A stretch of 64,000 nucleotides of DNA from contig OZ116712.1 in assembly GCA_964199315.1 (NCBI GenBank), forward strand, positions 15,004,001 to 15,068,000, in the 5' to 3' direction. Of the stretch, positions 62,836 through 64,000 are shown piece after piece (positions within the stretch are counted from its first letter, which is position 1; each line of letters begins with the position of its first letter). A program made the position numbers and the translations under genes. Below the pieces are notes generated by a model. It was not told where the DNA came from. It did not search any database and saw only the letters and a list, made by a program, of their open reading frames with translations. This DNA is from Orbicella franksi (Eukaryota).

Positions 62836-64000
62836 ACGAAGAATTCCAACTAAATTTCATGTCGTCCTTTGGTAGGAAATTTACCTTGGAAACTTCTATC
62901 AACAGATCATTGGAGACAAGACAGGTGCGACTGCAGCGTTGACGATGAAAAGAAGCATTAAAGCGGTAGACGCTGTTCACCTTTTAGAGAAAACTGCGGG
63001 CGCTAGGGTGCGGATTATTCATGTTGTGAGAAATCCATTTGACAACATTGCAACCATGGTCCTACGGAACAAAAAGCTCCGCGCACGGTATGGAGAACAT
63101 AAAGTAAAGGTATGATAACAAATAGTAATATGCACATTATATGTATGCCGTGCGATTGCTTTAGGCCGGTAATGGGGCATGATGACGGTTACGATGTATT
63201 AATTGTTACACTACACAAGAAAAAAAGATTAGATTGTTTTATCCAAAGAGGAAAGCTGTAATTTCAGGGAAAGGTGCCCTCTTTGCTGCATTTTACTTCT
63301 GCTCTGTAAAACCATTTTTTTAAAGAACGGCGAACGATAAACGTTCGATGATCCATCAAAAAGAAGTGTTTGGCCTGTAATTGACTATGCTTCACAGTGA
63401 TTCTGAACTGAGGCTGGTGTAAAAATATTCAACGTACGGATGGTTTAAAAATTTCAGAACTATTTACTTTATTTTGCTGGCTTGGACAGTATTTTAGACA
63501 CCTGAATTACTGTATATACCGTGATGTCTACTTCATTTTTGAAAGCAAATAAAAGCAAGTACCACAGATGGTTTTCCAGTTGTTGCTTAAAGAGGACGGT
63601 TTCACTAGAGGGGGGTCAGGATTTTAAAATCACCGTAATTCTTGAAGTTAGTACGAAAATGTTTTTCTGACCAAGCAATTTACCCATTTCTACTGATAGA
63701 CGTAATTTTCAGCGACTCAACCCTACTTACCCGACAGGCATCTTGGTCGTTCCAAAAACAACGAAACGGCGGCCATGTTGGTGCACAAAATCAATCAAGT
63801 TGGAGTTGAACTCTTCTCTTATGTAAACAATTTCTTTCGTTCCAATAAATTTGCATGGCTGCTGCCCACGTGAGTGAGGACTCTCTTTTTATGTTACTTC
63901 GGTCTTAAAACATTGAAGAAACCCACTATTTACTGATTTGCGTCAGCAGGTAAACGCTCCTGATGTACTTGAAATAGAAACACAAAATTACTTTGATATG

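Larger units (their letters stand above)
59651..64000 (+). pseudogene. Sulfotransferase paralog 5 (subtype B), internally deleted, runs off the window
   Basis: Exons 59651-59795, 60832-61127 (60-nt in-frame deletion of LDAHPHMAIADETAAFTKWI), 62906-63109, 63950->64000. The stem exon was deleted near 60310 and the upstream promoter block is absent. The frame is still open. Confidence 0.75.

Noticed and set aside
262-63000. Most remaining 60-125 aa ORFs in the track (for example 4698-5336, 12295-13647, 19615-22844, 47778-52524)
   Set aside because: They overlap MITEs, simple repeats or antisense strands of real exons, have low-complexity composition and contain no recognisable motifs.

Overview
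Eukaryotic, intron-rich, AT-rich DNA with a 160-N scaffold gap. The repeat landscape resembles a cnidarian, probably a stony coral (inference). The backbone is a tandem array of five + strand paralogs encoding a type II membrane (Golgi-type) sulfotransferase-fold protein. They fall into two subtypes ordered A, B(partial), B, A, B(damaged): three look intact (6254-14499, 36464-45761, 52897-59014), one is truncated and one is internally deleted. The array is packed with nested mobile elements: (1) a TGT..ACA/5-bp-TSD Ginger-like DNA element carrying an OTU-acidic-F-box ORF; (2) a deleted Helentron (Helitron2) with both subterminal ends, whose ORF has a 2A-like StopGo motif (DVEKNPGP) in front of an OTU deubiquitinase domain and is split by a 6-bp-TSD CAGGG element; (3) a DIRS1-type tyrosine-recombinase retrotransposon with complete ITR/ICR structure, inserted in a LINE 3' UTR; (4) Kolobok-, MULE-, Tc1/mariner-, Penelope- and SINE-type elements. 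A recent 13.4/14.4-kb tandem duplication (15515-28898 / 28899-43255) joins the DIRS recombinase gene to the Helentron ORF through a 3-bp microhomology. The best candidates for undescribed biology are the two transposon-borne ubiquitin-editing cassettes (2A-OTU and OTU-F-box) and the sulfotransferase array, which has a non-canonical RSRHT PAPS loop and an apparent gene-conversion tract. All alignments were done by eye and no database search was run.
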